Notes under the pieces: model-generated | The model's database searches: none | What the model was told of the DNA's origin: nothing | The model's input: the letters and a program-made list of their open reading frames with translations, nothing else | Program-made: the position numbers and the translations under genes | Assembly (NCBI GenBank): GCA_905178155.1 | Contig: CAJINV010000005.1 | Span: forward strand, 6,435,207 to 6,499,206 | Source of the DNA: Amoebophrya sp. A120 | Lineage: Eukaryota; Protista; Dinoflagellata | Direction of reading: 5' to 3' | DNA length: 64,000 nucleotides | Shown here: positions 26,701 to 38,669 of the stretch, piece by piece | How the letters are laid out: the number at the start of each line of letters is the position of its first letter | Numbering within the stretch: position 1 is the stretch's first letter

Positions 26701-27407
26701 GCCTCGGATTCGAAATCCCCGTACTCTTTCGCGAGCAACTTTTCGGTCGCAAAATCCATAAATTCCGACTGAAATTTCCCCAGAACCGACAGACTCGCCC
26801 CGACCTTCTCCCGGAGGAGAGTGTTCTCGTTGCGCAGCTTCTTGATGACGGAGAGATTGTCGGTGTGTTGCCCAAGGGTGGTGGAGCTCAGCTCCAGGCG
26901 CCACTGCTGCTTCTCGGATTCGAGCTCCTTGCGCTCGCCGTCGATAATTTTGATGTCTTCCTGCAGCCGCCGCTGCATCTGGAAGAGCAACAACGACTCC
27001 TGCGACCGCTCCTCGTGCTCCGCGTTAAGAGGACCCCCGGAGGAAGTAGCCCCGGAAGACATCAGGGCCCGCATGTGGTCGCCGGAAATGGTCTGCAGGC
27101 TGCTCGCCGTTCCTGCTGCGAGTCCCCCCGGAAGTGGCCCACCACCCATCATTCTCGACGTGCCCGCCCTTGCGCCGGCACCACCGCTTGTAGCTGTTCC
27201 CCCAAGAAGATCGGACGACCCGGCACCAATGGAACCCGAGGCCCCCGTCGCGGCGGACAGTTTGGGCGCGCGGAGGTAGGACTGCGCCAGCCGCTGCTTC
27301 AGAATCTCCGCATCCTGTGGGGAAAGTTGCTGCAGCAGGTCGGTGCCGGAAGGAACCAGCTGCACCTGAAAGTAGCTGTTTTTGTTTTGCCCCCGCGCGT
27401 CGGCCAT
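17795..27407 (-). CDS. Large (~2,656 aa) coiled-coil protein with C2 domain; 6 introners
   Basis: 9,613 bp minus 1,642 bp (elements + DRs) = 7,971 bp = 2,657 codons; C2 motif NTFVKVIFG...THVIPNTANPDWK...VVFEVWE...LIGSC. Confidence 0.85.
20122..20382. mobile_element. Introner family A
   Basis: TIRs; DR GGCGC/AGCGC. Confidence 0.9.
20429..20690. mobile_element. Introner family A
   Basis: TIRs; DR CAGCC/CAGCC. Confidence 0.92.
22396..22646. mobile_element. Introner family A
   Basis: TIRs; DR ATCTG/ATCTG. Confidence 0.92.
23802..24066. mobile_element. Introner family A
   Basis: TIRs; DR CGTCT/CGTCT. Confidence 0.92.
24808..25122. mobile_element. Introner family I (TIR TATGGAAGCGTCAGGATCG)
   Basis: Perfect 19-bp TIR; DR CATTG/CATTG. 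Confidence 0.92.
25518..25775. mobile_element. Introner family A
   Basis: TIRs; DR GCCGT/TCCGT. Confidence 0.88.
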
Positions 27408-28235
27408 CTTTTTTTATTTCTGTTTGCAATTGTAAAACTGTACAAGAAGCAGCAAAGTATGACTTAGTAAAAAATCTCAACCGCTAGCTGTACCAGCCGC
27501 CAGGAGAGAGATTCCTAGCGCCTCCGCCCCCAACAGGAGCTTCCGGGCGACGGCGTACTTAGTTAGACTAGTATACTGGCGCCAACACAAAACTTTAAAA
27601 AATTGAAAAGAGACTAGTGTGGAAATTTCTCTTGGGGTTCTATGTCTATCAAGATCATCCGCCTGGTGAAATTGTGCGTTTTTGTTGAAGAAGTGTGCGC
27701 TAGAAAAGAAACGAAAGGCAGCAGGACGAGAAGCACGATTGTGTTCTTGATTTTTGCACGAAAGTGAGAACAACATGTGAACGACGAGGGAAAGAGAAGA
27801 ACTCAGACGAGAACGAAATACGCACGAGAACCACGAACGAAAGCGTCTAGTTCTTCCTGTATGTGCACGGAGTTACACGTTGTACGAATGAGGTGCGAAA
27901 ACTTGTAGACCGAAATTTTCTTTTGCTGCAGAAGCTTCTTCTAGACATTCAAGCAATGTTGACGGCACCAACCGATGCATTAAAGATGAACTTCTCGGGG
28001 ACAACATGACTGAAAAAGAACCAGGCACAGTATACCACCCAATCATCGATTGCTGTGAAAATTTTCTCCGAAACTTCTGACGAAATCAAAACTTCCCCTT
28101 TGTAGGCTCCTCCTGGCCCATAACTACAAGGTGAGGAATTGCTGCTTTAATACATCAGCCAGTGCAATATACAGAGCTCAAAAAACCACATAAACCAGTG
28201 GTCATTTACTTACAAAGAGTAAGTGCTTATGATCT

Positions 28236-31200
28236 TCATGCAGTCTTCTCGCACCCAGGTGCTGCGGCTCGTCTACCATGCATCCCCCGCAGTAGTTCGT
28301 CTACGTGTCGACTCAGTTGGCTCCCCGACAGAAGCTCGTCTTTCGCGCTTGAGTCATCTTCAAAAGGCCGCCCATTGTCTCCCTCAAAAAGGTCGGAGAT
28401 GCTGTCGAAGCAACTCAGCAAATTCCGCCCACGCGGTGGAAGCTGAAGTTCTTTTTGCTGTGGATAGTTATTTTCAACTTTTTTGCTAATAATTTTTCCG
28501 TCGCCGCTCGCAAAATGAATTTCCCGGCCCCCCTGTTGTCCCGCGTTTAATATTTCTGTCATTTCTGAAGATGTCGCCGGCTTTATTGCCTCTTGCGCCA
28601 AGTCTCCCTCTTTTGATCGGCCGCGAAGCCGCACCGGCTCATAACCTCTCCGCCCTGATAGACCGGCCCTTCGCGCGACCGGGCTTCGCGTCTGCGGCGT
28701 TTATCAAATGTAAAAGTGTCTGGGTCTGGAAGAGTCATGCTGTTTTTGCATGACACAGAAGGTCTGGCATGGAAGCTCTAGCATTACAGGTTTCGAGAAG
28801 CTTCCGCAATGCCGAATCCGCATGACAAATCCCCCACTTTGGTGACAGAAAGTGGGCAGCTTTTGCTACCCATGCATAAGAGATTTTTCTGTGTTCTGAA
28901 ATGTGCATCACAAGTTTGTATTCGTCCAGACCCAGACATTTTTACATTTGATAGCGTTCGTTGCGCGACGATTGGGTCGGAGTCGGCAAGAACCTTCTTC
29001 CCGGGCTCAACATCGCTGCGTTCGTTGGAACGACTGGCAGCATCTTCAACTAACCGGGTGGTTGTCTTGTCCGTTTTTCCCCCTCGCCTCCCCGAGTCTG
29101 TGGACCTTGGAGTGCCGCCACAAGAAGAGGAATTATTCCGGCGGAGGTTTGAGAACCCACCACCTCGTTCAGGATTTTTATCGCCTTCGCCTGCCGACGT
29201 AGTGGCCTTTTTACTGCCATTGCGCCGCCCCCGCATTTCTTCTCGACAGCGTGCACCAGGCTCACGAACTGGATGACGAGGACGCCGCCGGGGGGTCGTG
29301 AAGGCTTCCGACGTGGTCTCAGCTCGTGGTCCCCCTCTCGCTCGTGTTCTTCGCCCCGAGGGGGTCCCCTCTACTTCCGTGCCAATAGTCGCACCTCCTG
29401 CTACTTCTTCAGCACCTGCACGCGCTTTGCTCCTACTTTTCCCCTCAACAGGAGAAGGCGAGACTACGCATCGAGCAGCAATAAAATCACGAGCAGAGGA
29501 CTTGGTAGTTCTAGTGGATGTGGAGTTATTTCTAGAAGCCCGCTGCACTCGACGTCCGGCTTCCTTGTTTCTACCGAGCTGCGACGGAGTTCTTGTCCCT
29601 GAAGACGTGCAAAAACTTATCCCAGAGAAAAAAGCTGGCAGGGCACATTTGTAATGCAAAAATAAACACACAGAAACATTTGCTATGGGTGGCCCCATAG
29701 CATGCTGTTTCGGATATGCAATACAGATTATTTCTTTGTGTGTTTATTTTTGTACTACAAAGATACCCTGCCAGCTTTTTTCTGTGTGATAGAACTTGTC
29801 CGCTGCGAAAGTGTTTTCGACATCCTCAACACCGGTTCATCTTCACGATCCCCACAGGAATTATCAACTTCCAGGACTCCACGACCTCGCAGGCCAGGAT
29901 TCGGATTCAGGTATTTATTTTTCTTGTTCCACCTATGATCTCTCTTCTTCGTATCCAACGAGCCATTTTTGTTTCTCATCTTCGTATCATCATGCTGTGA
30001 TTGGATACTACTAGCAGTAGTAGCCACTTCTTCTTGCTCGATCCGCTTTTCCTGCAAAAACGAGCACATCTGCTCCACGTGCCGCAACTGCTTCTCCAAG
30101 CTGAACCGCAGATCCCGCTCCGTGGCCAGCTTCTCCTGCAGCTGCAAAACCTTTGCCTTCAACTGCAGAAAGACAGTTTTGGACGCCATTTTTGTTTGTG
30201 CATCCATAGAAGAAATCTCGCGTTGTTTATCCTCATCTGCGCGGACATATAATTCCCGAACAGCAGGAGCTCCAACTTCTACTGTTTCCTCATTTATTCT
30301 ACTTCTGCACCACGGCAGCAACTTTTCCTTTCCCCGCTCACTGGGAACTACAACTCTCGGCGCACCACCAACTGCTGGAACCATGCAGTTCCTGTTTCTC
30401 TCGTCCCCATTGCGACGGCCCTGGGCACCGAGAACCTCCGTCAGCTTTCCGTCCAGCGCGCGCAGCCCGCGGGCCTGGTGCCGAATTTTGCCCGCCTGCT
30501 GCTCGATCGTTTTTCGCTGGTCCCGAATCGTGACGCACTGCTGGTACAGCCGGCGGTACAAAGCCTTCCTTTCCACATCAATGGGTAGTCGACCACGTGC
30601 TTGTAGTTCTTGTTTCTCGCAGTAGTTCTTGATGTTGTTGTCCCTCGTCGTGCTGCTGGCCCCCACTGGTTCGTTTTGTTCAACAATGTCTTTCTCCAGC
30701 GGCCGCAAGGCAGAAGAGGAAGAGCCCGTACTACAACTTTGGGTGAAAGAACTGGAGCTACGAGCGTCCCGAGAGCTCGGTCGTGCTGGTTCCCGCGGAT
30801 TATAAACACGCTCCTCCGGCGGCCCGCCCACTAACTCGCGGTCCTGCTGCTGCTCGTCGTGTAGTGCCGCGGGCTGCGTAGTTGTGCCTTCGCCTGAAAT
30901 ATTTAATCGCCCATGATGCTGTTCTTTATCTGCTAGCTTCTGCGTCAGCGCTTTATTTTCCTCGGCCAACAGCACATTCCGCTCGTTCAGACGAAGGTTG
31001 CGCTCGTATCAAATGCAAATATGTCCCGGTCTGGAAGAATGCAGGTTTTCCATGACCCATGACGTCTTTCTAGAATGCAGCACTGAGCATGACAAATGCT
31101 GTGAGATCTCTCTCATGCCTATCCTGAATGAGAAACCTCCTGTCAACCTTGTCAGGAGCGGGCATCTTTTGGCAATCATGCAACAGAGATTTTTGCATGA

Positions 31201-33210
31201 TCCAGACTAAGCATGACAAGTTGCAGCATCCCCCCAGACCCAGACGTATTTGCAGTGCATAGCTCGTTCCCCTTCGCAATCCGGTCGTTGGCATCTTTCA
31301 CACAGTCGGCCAGCTTTTCCTCGTAGGCAAAAATCACGCGTTTCAGCCTGCTGATGTCGGAAGCGGCACTATTTTGTTCCCCCCTCTGCTTGTCAGCATC
31401 CGGTTGGTGAAAGCAGATCCGGTATCCTGTGTGAAAGCGTCACCCCCCAGAGTTATTGTGCAGATTTGCGATTACAGAAACGCATGCAATGCGCATCTCC
31501 ATGAGAGGCATTTTCAGTCGTGTTTTGGAATCTGTAATGCTCTAAACAGACTGCGCAAATGGCTTTCTCATGCGGCTTCCCTTGCTAAACAGCACTACAC
31601 AGCAGATGTTGGAAACTTGTCATGCACAACTCCCAAACCTTGGAGATTTGTGCTGCAGATTCACCAACTTGACTCTGGGGCGGACTCCTTTTTACTCAGG
31701 ATATCCGGGGCGAAGAGAACACCGTGTGCGACGCTGCTCCAACACCCTCTTGGTCGTGCGGCACAAGACCAACATTTGCAACCTCGCGCTCGTCGGCCAG
31801 TGTAGTCTTCGGAGTGACGGGAGCACTGGCCAACCTAGAAAGGGGGGCCCGAGGCTGATTACTCCTCCTAGTCGAGAAACTACACGAAGAAACAGAACTC
31901 CGCTCTCCTGCGCCAGCAGAAGAAAGAACCGTCCCGATCCTATTGAGGCTCGCGAGCGGCAGTTTGGGTACGACCGGTTCAGCAGGCCAGGTGCGGTTAC
32001 TGTAGTTCCTTCCACCCGGAGGTGCAGTTCCCCTTCGCTCGTCCGTCGCTGCTGCGGATGAGGGACAACATGCGGTCTTGCTAGAGGTAGGGATGGGAAG
32101 AAGCAGCCGCCGCGGGGAGCAGCCACGCGGATCTCCAATTTGTTGTGGTCTACTCCTTCGAGAAAAAGAAGAAGTCGCAGCGCCCACTGCACCAGCCGCC
32201 CGACGAGGCACACCTTGCAGGGCGTGGATCCGAGAAGTGCTGGTGGTTGTCGCGTTAACAGTACCTCTCTTTTCCGCGGGCGGCGTGGATCCGGTGCAGG
32301 AGAGGCGTTCTTCCTGACTGTTCCTCAAGAACAGGTGCTTCTCTAAGTTGAGGCGGAGATCGCTCAGCGTGTTGCTCTTCCGCCGCCGGCGCTCTGCTTT
32401 TCTTCTCGTCCTTGTTGCTTTTCGTTTATTTCCATTCTTGTCTGCATCTGCAACACAGAGGATGGACTTCTTCAAGTAGGAATTTTTACTGGTAGTAGTT
32501 ATCATCTTCTTCCGATATCCGAAGTTCTTCCGTAATGGGGAGGGGGCTGCAATATCCTGCGAAGACGTCGCCCATGGTCTTTGCCCTTCCGCAGTTTCCG
32601 CTCGGTCCACGGAAAAGTCCTCGTCCTGCTCGAAGGGGGCGCCGTCGTCGCTGCTTCTAGAAGGATCTTCGTGGACGCCGCAACAACTGTAACCGCTGGG
32701 CACTTCCGCAATCACTGGAATAGGCTCCAGTTCCTTGATGGCCGACAGAAATAAATCTGTCGTGTCGTCCGCCTGGTCGTTGTGGTCTATGTTGTAGTTG
32801 CCCGCACCATGATCTTGATGTTCATCTTCTTGTACAACTACATCTGGCGCAAAAAAGGATGGCGCGGAGGGTCCTCGTGGTACTTCTACACCGGTTCTGC
32901 AAATGCGCGTGTCCTCGCGTTCATCTCGTGCACCACTGGTGCTTTCGTTCCGCCCCGGAGCAGTGCCCACAGCTTGCGTTTGATCGTTTGCTGTCCTCGG
33001 CTGTGCTGCTCCCCCGGCCGCAACCACCACGGCCGCCGCTGCTGCTTCGGCCGCTCGACAGAGGTGGGTCCGGTTTAGGTTTTTGTTTGCGCGTGGGCCG
33101 GAAAGTAGAAGATCCTGGCCAGCGGATTCTTGTGCGGCTGGGGGATGTTCCCAAGAGCAAACTGGAGGATGTTCCCAAGAACAAACATCCTCTGCTTCAT
33201 CCGTGGCCAC
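28236..33210 (-). CDS. Hypothetical coiled-coil/low-complexity protein (~1,330 aa); 4 introners
   Basis: 4,975 - 982 = 3,993 bp = 1,331 codons; last junction checked in frame. Confidence 0.75.
28702..28953. mobile_element. Introner family A
   Basis: TIRs; DR GCGTT/GCGTT. Confidence 0.92.
29618..29791. mobile_element. Introner family F (TIR ~TATCCCAGAGAAAAAAGCTGGCAGGG)
   Basis: TIRs; DR AAACT/GAACT; similar to 46217-46387. Confidence 0.9.
31007..31261. mobile_element. Introner family A
   Basis: TIRs; DR GCTCG/GCTCG. Confidence 0.92.
31423..31703. mobile_element. Introner family E
   Basis: TIRs; DR TCCGG/TCCGG. Confidence 0.9.
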
Positions 33211-33503
33211 GTCTCGGAGGATGCGTTACGTATCCAGGCAGAAAGACTGCGTCAGTGTGCTGTTGAAAGTGAATGCACTTGCACATGCAGCACATGTTGC
33301 ACGACAAAACAGTAATAAAAATGGAAATACCAGATTAAAGTACGTTTGTCATCCTGCCTTCAGGGAGGAACCTTTACGGCCTCCTCGCATGTTGAAAGAG
33401 TGACTTCGAATTGCACCAACTAGCGGCACAGGAGAACTTTTTTCTCTTATCCAGGGTACACTTGTGTTGATACTGTGCGTCCACCCAGGAGGTGGACGAG
33501 CAA

Positions 33504-36500
33504 CTACACTGACACAGTGTTTTGTTTTCCGGGAACATATTCCGTATGGAAAGAAAAAAACTTAGTCACCGTCACTAAGTTCAAGTTGCAGGCTTTGCAT
33601 CACAAATTTTTCTAGCATCACAGCCTTTTCTTGTATTGCACAAACGCAAGGGAATAATAATAAATCGCGTATGAAATAATTTGACACGACTGCGCTGCAT
33701 TTCTACGCATGATAGACATTTTTGTATTGCGAAAATGCACATGAGTGATCGTGACGAACTTTTCTCTTTGCATATTCCGCCAGCTGCTCGTAGTACTCGG
33801 AAGACCGGGATTCGATATCCTGTGCAAAAGTATCGTACTCGTAGTAATCGCAGTCATGCATATACAAATTTCTTTGCCAAGGTAAAACAGCATGACAAAT
33901 TCCGTTTGTCATGCTGAGGAAATTTGTCATGTGATTTATACTAGTACGATTCTTTTGCGGTTCATACTCGACCCGCAGCGCCGATAGGCTTTTCAAGCAC
34001 TGAGACGACGGCAGGGCAGGCGCTGTGGTCTTCCCCCCGGAATAAAATGGCGCGAGGTCCATGTATATCAAATGTAAAAATGTCTGGGTCTGGAAGATTC
34101 TAAACTTGTAATGCTGTCTCTGGATTCTAAAAAAATTCCTATTGCATGACCAGCAAAAGGACTCCAGTTTGTGCTACGTGGAGAGGGCATTTCTCATGCG
34201 GTAGAGGCATCACAAAGTACTCTAAAAATCTGTGATGCTTGGGCATGCATCACAGACATCATGGATCATTCAAAATATGCATGACAAACCCGGCAATCTT
34301 CCAGACCCAGACATTTTTACATTTGATAATGTAGACATGCTCAAAAAGGTGGTCGTGGCAAGAAGTTCCTGTACTAGTATCACAATGAAAAACGCCCCCA
34401 TCCCCGAACTACTTCTTGGGAGCATTTGTATTGCAAACCTTTCCAAGTGAAACGCTCGCCCTCCTGCATCTATCAGCATCACAGGTTTCCGGTCGTGAAT
34501 AGCAAAAATTTGTATTGCAAAAGACCCCAGCAAGAGCGGCGCTTGTCATGCAAGCGGTGCGATACAGGCCTAGATTCTGTACCAGAAAGATTCATACTCC
34601 TTGCACGCATAGATAAAAAGTTCTTCATTTGAAAACCTTAATGCATCACAAATTTTTGCAATTTCAGGGGTGCGGCGCATTTTTCACTGTAATAACTAGC
34701 TTGCGTTCTTCCCCCCGCGTCGTCCTGCTCTTCAACCTTTTCATCCAGTACCTCCAGCGAGAACGCCGACACGCGGCCAGAACACCGTTCCAGGGGCGAA
34801 AGCGGTCGTGCCGCAAGGCTGCCACCGAAGCCGTACGAACGTATTACAGTGAAAAGTGCCCCCCACCCCCAAAGTTGCAAAAATTTGTGATGCGAAGTTT
34901 CCAAATGAAAACTTTTTGTCATGCATGCTGCATGCATGAAAGGAGTATGAATCTTTCTGATGCAGATTCTAGTCGTGTTTCGCATCGCTTGCATGACAAG
35001 CACAGCTCTTGCTGGGATCTTTTGCAATACAAATTTTTGCTATTCACGCTTGGAAATCTGTGATGCTGATACATGACGTCGTTTCGCTACTCGTGTAGTT
35101 TCGGTGTCAAATACGTATTGATAGAGCGAACCTAGAAGAAGTTCTTCTAGGCCACGATACGGAGCACCACATCGAAACTGGATTTCGTGCGGTCGTCGAG
35201 AACGAGCAGGGTGACACCGAAACGGCCGGCTCGGTGCGCGACCCAGTATTGCAGGCGGGGAAGGCGAGGCCAGTTTCGGTGCGCCACACAGTATTGCAGC
35301 GGGGGCGCAAAATCTCGCCCGCGCAGAGAAAGATCGGCGCCCAGCCGTCCCGAGTTCCGGACGGCACGCCCGTCGGCCTGCTCGGGTACTCTTTGGGCCT
35401 GTCGGGTGGCTGCTACTCTCTGGGCCTGTCAGGAGCCGGCTGTCGCAGCACGATTTGATGGCCGCCACGCGCCTGCAGGCGCGGGCGGGCACAATCTCGG
35501 CGCGCCAATAGTATTCTCCTGCGTGCCGGGCCCCGAGCGCCGGCGCGCAACCAGCTTGCCTGTGTGAAGGCGGTGGGGTCGGCGGTGTTTCCACGCGGCA
35601 ACCTAAGGCCGACGGCGTTGCCCTCTTTGCGGGCATTGCGCACGTGGGTGGAGGACGGGGCGCGGGCAGACCGCGCGCGAAAAAACACAAAATCAAAGGC
35701 CGGCCGCTTCCTAATGTGCGCCGGTTGCTCCGCTTGCCTTTCCTGTTTTCTTCTCTTCCCCGGTGGCCTTCTGCGTGTGCCTTTCGCGCCCATAGGGCCC
35801 AAACCCGGGGGGGGGCGGGGGGGCACGCAACGGCGTCGCACTGCGGGCAGTTTCGGTGTGCTATTCAGTATGTATCGGGAAGGGCGGCGCCATAGTCTCG
35901 ATGCGCTAGCCAGTATGTATTGCAATTTGTATCAATACATACGAATTTGTATGCTTTTTTTTTGTATTCCCGGCCAGGCTCGGCGTCGTCGTCGTGCAAT
36001 TCCAAGCCAGTTTCGGTGTGACGGAGTTGGCCGATTTCCCGATGAGAAAGTGCAAAAAAATGTATTGTATTTTGTATGCAAGTGACACCGAAACGTATGG
36101 TAGAGCGAAACCGCCACATACATGCAAGAGGGCGAATGTTTCATTTGGAAAGGTTTGCAATACAAATGCTTTCAAGTTCGGGGGTGGGAGCACTTTTCAT
36201 TGTATTAGAACGTCGGGTCTCTTCGTCCCGAGTGGAGGTCTTCTGCCGCCCTTCGCACGTCACCTCCAGGAGGAAATTGTCTTGCAACAACTCGTATCAA
36301 ATGCAAATCTGTCTGGGTCTGGACGAGGAGAAGTTTGTCATGCACATGTTCCATGATCCATGATGTCTGTGATGTATGCCACAGCATCACAGATTTTTTG
36401 AGCGCTTATCTATGCGCATCCAGCATGATAAATGCCATCTCCGCGTAGCCAAATTTGAATTCTACTCTACTTGCGGGTCATGCAATACAGGCTTTTTTAG

Positions 36501-37119
36501 CATCCAAATGCAGCATCACAAGTTTGGCTCTTCCAGACCCAGACATGATTTTTGCATTTGATAACTCGTGGTCTTCCGCCCCGGGCGGCGTCGAACTGTC
36601 TCGTCTACCCACGCACGCCGGGAGGCCCGCAGGAGCGCCGTTCCCGCCTAATGCGGGGGCTCCTGCAGATGCAGAGCTTTGGTGGAACAGCACTAGATCA
36701 TCGCGCGCAGCGGGCAGGGGCAGCAGCTGCGCCACATTTCCTTCGCGGCGCACTGCCGGTTCTTCTGCATGGAGTTGCGAGGATATTACATTCTGCTGAG
36801 TTCTGGAAACCGAAACTGCACCTGCTGGATTGCCGGCCGCTGCTGGTGGGTCGTCCTTAATTTGCGGGTCTTGCGGCTGCTCCACGCTGGACTCGAACGC
36901 CGAGGTGGGGATTGAGCTTTCCTCCTTGCTCCGTTATGCTCTGCAAAAGTATCGCGCCCGTACTAATTGCACATATGCATGACAAATCTTCGTCCTCAGG
37001 TAAAACAGCATTACAAATTGCATTTGTCGCACTGAGCTAATTTGCAATGCAATTTATACTACTAGTTACTACGATACTTTTCCAATTAATACCCGTGCTG
37101 TTCTTTCGGCATTTCTCAT
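33504..37119 (-). CDS. Hypothetical 275-aa protein in 8 exons; 7 introners
   Basis: MRNAERTARG|KEESSIP...HE|LLQDN...TRR|SYGFG...QAS|TGTSCHDHLFEHVY|MDLAP...RVE|SRSSEYYEQLAE|YVPGKQNTVSV*; 828 bp coding. Confidence 0.75.
33545..33774. mobile_element. Introner family J (TIR ~TATGSAAAGARAAAA..GTCAC..TCACT)
   Basis: TIRs; DR TTCCG/TTCCG. Confidence 0.85.
33816..33966. mobile_element. Introner family B
   Basis: TIRs; DR TTCGA/CTCGA. Confidence 0.88.
34066..34328. mobile_element. Introner family A
   Basis: TIRs; DR ATGTA/ATGTA. Confidence 0.92.
34378..34694. mobile_element. Introner family H (TIR ~TATYACARTGAAAA), 317 bp
   Basis: TIRs; DR ACTAG/ACTAG. Confidence 0.9.
34842..36207. mobile_element. 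Introner family H, inverted relative to 34378 copy, carrying a nested element
   Basis: DR GAACG/GAACG; 317 bp remain after removing the insert and its TSD. Confidence 0.9.
35074..36118. mobile_element. Nested non-autonomous TIR element (TG...CA, probable 4-bp TSD TACA)
   Basis: Subterminal IR GTTTCGCT-N9-GTTTCGGTGTCA at both ends; about 6 copies of GTTTCGGTG; ATACATG duplicated at the junctions. Confidence 0.8.
36295..36563. mobile_element. Introner family A
   Basis: TIRs; DR ACTCG/ACTCG. Confidence 0.92.
36935..37091. mobile_element. Introner family B
   Basis: TIRs; DR TCCGT/CCCGT. Confidence 0.85.
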
Positions 37120-38669
37120 CCCGGTCATCTACTTGTCAGCCAAGAAAGAAAAAAGTATGTTGTGGAAACCATTTTCATTGCTTAGATGCGGCGGCTCTCA
37201 ACCCAATTAGTATAATCGAGGAACCAGGTTTAAATCACAAATCTTACACTTACTCTATTGATTGATGCTAAAAAATGAGAAGACGATACAAATCTCACTC
37301 TATTGACAGACTGATGCTGCAATCATACTGATGCTTTTAAAAAGACGATACTAAACACAATATGAATATTAGTAGTAGCTTCGCTAAGTACTTCATAGAC
37401 ATCAACCGAAAGGAATCAAAGTGTCGCGAAAATTATCCTGGGGCAAAAACACAACCACGAAAACACAGAAGCAATTCCTCTACTACATAAAAACAGAACA
37501 TAATTCAGTGCACCTGAGTTTTGAATCTTTCCGAGTAAATCTTGGCAGGCGCATATCGATCGCATGAGGGGGCCAGCGTCTGTTCACGTAGTTTTCTGCG
37601 CGCCGACAAATGCACGCGTTTCGTTTACTGCTTCATCGAAGGTTTTTACTTATTAACATCAACCGCCCTCGCAGATCATGCGAACAGGAAGATTTTGATT
37701 TCGGCCGACGCGTGTGTAGTAAAATGCCGCTGAACTTGACGCTGTGTCGCCAGCACTCAGTGCCTGCTTGTGCTTCCTCGAACGAGGGTCGCCTTCTCGC
37801 ACGGCTTCCTCGGAATAGATCCAACCAAAGAAACAGAAAGCCCGGCACTATTTTGTAGATGACACTAGCTACATTTTTACGTGGCGGCTTTGGTGACGGT
37901 ACCACGCAACTTAATCAAAGAGGATCTCATCAACAAAGAGCCGATAGATCTAGTGCGGCTCAAATGACAGGCATCTTTCTTCGGAGTGCGCATGATCTTC
38001 AATCGAGGACAGATCAGAAGTTGTCCTCTGAACTATTCAACATTTTTTGTGCTACTACTCACTCCCGCCCAGATCTTACAAGGAATACATCTTCGTTATG
38101 AATTTAGCTACACAAAGCTCAAAAGCCCAAAAGCCCACTCTTTCGCGGCTGCCCGAGCCAGTAGAGCGGGCGCAAGGACGCAAAAGGCCGTCACTTGGTC
38201 AGGAACACAACTACGGCGCCACGGCCCTTCAAGTGGAAAACGAAATCAATGATCCTAGCAGCACAACAGCCGGACCAGCAGCACACTGCTTGATGTTACT
38301 AGTAGAAAAAGTTTCAGCTTCGGCCTAGAAACTTATAAATATTTCATACTGTGTGCCGTCTTGGCTGATAATTTTCGACAAGTGCTTTTCTACTTACAAC
38401 TACCCAACGAGCCACTGATGCCTGTTCTCTGTATCAGTAGCATTCGGTTTTACTCATTTTCCTATCCATAGGGCGAATACGAATCAAATAGTGCACTGTC
38501 TTTGATGTAATAGAGCGAATACGAATCGAATAGTGCGCTGTCTCTGATGAAGAGGTTTTTGTTTTTCGGGAGAAATAAAATAAGTATCACAGCTGTGGGG
38601 CGAGAGCTTTAATTAAGTGGAAAGGAACGGGCTCTATTATCCCTCTCGACGAAGCTGCAACGTAAACAA

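Noticed and set aside
35040-36085. ORFs inside the nested element as a transposase
   Set aside because: Short GC-rich ORFs with no recognisable DDE or integrase motif
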